Source of the DNA: Felis catus
Lineage: Eukaryota
NCBI RefSeq assembly: GCF_018350175.1
Contig: NC_058368.1
Coordinates: 91,266,001 to 91,330,000, forward strand
Reading direction: 5' to 3'
Length of the DNA: 64,000 nt
Positions 61,189 through 64,000 of the stretch are shown one piece after another (within the stretch, counting starts at the first letter, position 1; each line of letters begins with the position of its first letter). Under the pieces are notes generated by a model. That model had not been told where the DNA came from. It made no database searches and was given only the letters and a program-made list of their open reading frames with translations. The translations under genes were made by a program, and so were the position numbers.

Positions 61189-64000
61189 AGGGCGCCCGAG
61201 TGGCTTGGTTGGTTAAGCATCCCACTTCGGCTCAGGTCGCGATCGCGTGGTTGGTGGCCTCGAGCCCTGCTTCGAGCTCTGTGCTGACAGCTCAGAGCCT
61301 GGAGTCTGCTTCGGATTCTGTGTCTCATTTCCTCTCCACTCCTCCCCCACTTGTGCTCTGTCTCTCAAAAATAAATTAATGTAAAAAAAAAAATTTAATC
61401 GACCGCATGTCATAACATATGTGGTTGCTGATAGAGAAGAAACATCTGATTTAGGGCTGATTTTCCAAATGCCATTGTGAGTCTTAAGGCTCACAAGAGG
61501 TCATTCCCAGGAAAAAAACCAGTGGTGAAGTGCCCTGACCTGAGCCCTCCTAATAGAAACGTGGTGTGACCTAGCTGGTGGCACCATTTATATACCATAT
61601 GGCTAATAATGTACTTATTTTACTCATAATTTACTTACTTATACATAAGCCTACCTCGCTTACTGTTAGACTTATAGAAAAATTCTGAGTACATAAGCCC
61701 CAAGGGCTTGGATATTCATGTCACTTGTAGTTTTATATATAAGCCTGGAGTAAAACCTCCTTGTTACACTTTTGCTCTCCCATGTAACTACGCCCTTGGG
61801 CCAGACTGCCTTCCAGAAACATCATACCAGTTTGCATGCCTCCCAAAAGTACCCAAGTGTTGGTTTCAGCCCATCCTTGTTGGCCTTTACCATTTTTGAC
61901 ATTTTTATTCACTGAGAGTGATGTCTCCTTGGTGATTATTTGTATGTTTTTGTTTAATCGACTGCTAGTGAGAGTTAAACAGTTTCATGCTTATTGGCAA
62001 TTTATATTTTTTCTGCATCACTTCTTGGAGGCATTTATGTATTGATAGAGTCCTCTTTTATTAGCGATGGAGGCTTTTGTGCAGTAGAGATATAACTATC
62101 TGGTCATATGTGTTGCAGCTGTTTTTTGCCATTTGTTATTTTTGTTTTAGCCTTTCATTTGTTGTTGTTGTTGTTCTGATCCATGCGTTCTTTATTCCAT
62201 GACCAACCACTGCTGCATCCAAGCCACAGTACACAAACCTCAACCCAGCCTTACAACAATCTGAGGTTTACAGTACATTTAAGGCTTTTACATTTGAAAA
62301 GAAAAGTTAAAATAAAACCAAAGAACACCCAAACCCAAGCCCCCAACCAGGATGAGTAGTGTAGCAATTTTTAAGCATCTTACATTTCTAATGCTTACTC
62401 AGTGCAACTCCAGTGTCAAAACCCAAATAAGCCCTAAACTAGAAAGATTGGTTTAGTGATAAAAATTTTTTAAATTTTTTTTAATGTTTATTCATTTTTG
62501 AGAGACAGAGACAGAGCACAAGCAGGGGAGGGGCAGAGAGAGAAGGAGACACAGAATCTGAAAGCAGGCTCCAGGTCTGAGCTGACAGCACAAAGCCCAA
62601 TGCAGGACTCAAACCCATGAACTATGAGGTCATAACCCGAGCCAAAGTTAGATGCTTAACTGAGCGAGCCACCCAAGGACCCCAGTTTAGTGAAATTTTA
62701 ATTACATAAATTCTTCAAAGCATAAACTTGTAATTTTTTGTCTTGGAAATGTTATAAAAAATTTTAATAGCAAAATACAGGAATAAAAACATATAAACAA
62801 AATGTATTCAATCATTTACATTACAAACAAAGGATTTGCAGTTTATTGTTGTAGCCTAATGTTTTGATTGTCTGGTTGGCCTAACACAGAGCCTAGCCCA
62901 CTTTCCTTCTGTAAAGTTCTCCTTGTAGGCCTTTTTAAAGTACTGTACATATTTGCAATTATATTGTGCATAGATTCTTAATGGGTAGTTTTCTTTTGTG
63001 TTTTAGACTTTCTAAGCAAGGGTTTGTGAGAGAAGTAAGCCCATGCTCTAATGCTGTAGGTATCAATCGTATGTAACTTCTGTTTTCAGCACCTAGAATA
63101 GTACTGATTATGTAGAATTGAGAAAGTATTCACCCAGTTCATTCTCTGTATTGTGTGGTTTGGATGAGGAACCCCAGGGGAGACATCTCCCTTTGTTTTT
63201 ACTGGCTTCACCCACATTTTCTCCACCATTTGAGTCAAAAATATTACATCCTGGGGTGCCTGGGTGACTCAGCCGGTTGAGCGTCGGACTTTGGCTCAGG
63301 TCATGATCTCACAGTTTGTGAGTTTGAGCCCTGCGTCAGGCTTTGTGCTGACAGCTCAGAGCCTGAATCCTGCTTTGGATTCCATGTCTCCATCGCTCTC
63401 TGCCCCTCCCCTGCTTGCACTCTGTCTCTCTCTCAAAAATAAATAAAAATTAAAAAAATTTAAAAAATATATTATACCCTGAATCACCTGAAATTTATTT
63501 TAGGATGCTCAGTCATGCAAAATAGCCATGTAATTTCCTTTTGACCAGCTAGCTAGTCTTACCAATATAATCCATCCCATAGTCTAACACTGATTTGTAA
63601 AGTCCTATTTTTTCATACGTGAAGTTCTCATATATATACAGGACAGCTGTAGACACCTAATTCTCTCCCATCAATTAGCTTGTCTGTTCTGGCACCTCTA
63701 CCATAGGGTTTTAATTGCCAAAAATTTAAGGATTATTGATATCTTTAAAATGTTAAATTGTCTTATCCAAACGCAGATGTGTCCTGTCATTTTTTCCAGA
63801 CTTCTCTTGTGTCCCTCAGGAAAGTTCTTTATATATACACATGTATATATATAAAACAAATCTTGGGGCACCTGGGTGGGTCAGTCAGTTAAGCGTCCCA
63901 CTTCGGCTTAGGTCATGATCTTGTAGTTAGTGAGTTCAAGCCCCGCTTCAGGCTCCGTGCTGACAGCTCAGAGCCTGGAGCCTGCTTTGGATTCTGTGTC
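61189..64000. mobile_element. CAN-SINEs at ~61189-61395 (+), ~62460-62683 (-), ~63253-63470 (+) and 63864-end (+)
   Basis: SINEC bodies; TSDs include gtttagtga and aatc.acc.c.tgtca. Confidence 0.88.
62158..63226 (-). pseudogene. Probable processed retrocopy of an mRNA 3'UTR (parent unknown), possibly 5'-inverted
   Basis: (GTT)n/T tail at 62158-62175, TTTATT at 62191-62196, 3'UTR-like composition and possible TSD CATTTG. Confidence 0.45.

Noticed and set aside
28633..64000. Many ~60-100 aa ORFs of type MAQSVKxPTSAQVMIS... and possible tRNA genes
   Set aside because: All are CAN-SINE bodies; the tRNA-like A/B boxes belong to SINE heads, not functional tRNAs.

Overview
Mammalian genomic DNA, almost certainly from a felid. 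It carries dense carnivore tRNA-derived CAN-SINEs (including a young felid-type subfamily), L1s, ERV LTRs and DNA transposons. Gene content from left to right: (1) the 5' part of a KRAB zinc-finger gene on the minus strand, most likely ZNF354A, with a CpG-island promoter at ~10.7-11.5 kb, a non-coding exon 1, a start exon and KRAB-A and KRAB-B exons (the zinc-finger exon lies left of the window); (2) two intact family-1 (OR1AD-like) olfactory receptor genes in tandem on the minus strand, each with a paralogous upstream promoter/5'-exon cassette; (3) a complete three-exon PROP1 gene on the plus strand (226 aa). The most interesting observations are: a patchwork of identity between the two ORs (a 593-bp identical tract next to a ~22%-diverged TM5/IC3 patch, consistent with gene conversion); two predicted upstream exons that in both OR copies splice in frame to the receptor and would add 41 aa, with a conserved 4-codon uORF overlapping that start; an in-frame cryptic splice donor in PROP1 exon 1; an ancient decayed tandem repeat upstream of PROP1; and a probable 5'-inverted 3'UTR retrocopy downstream of PROP1. 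I cannot demonstrate a new biological system from sequence alone. Repeat-family names come from recalled consensus sequences and many repeat boundaries are approximate.
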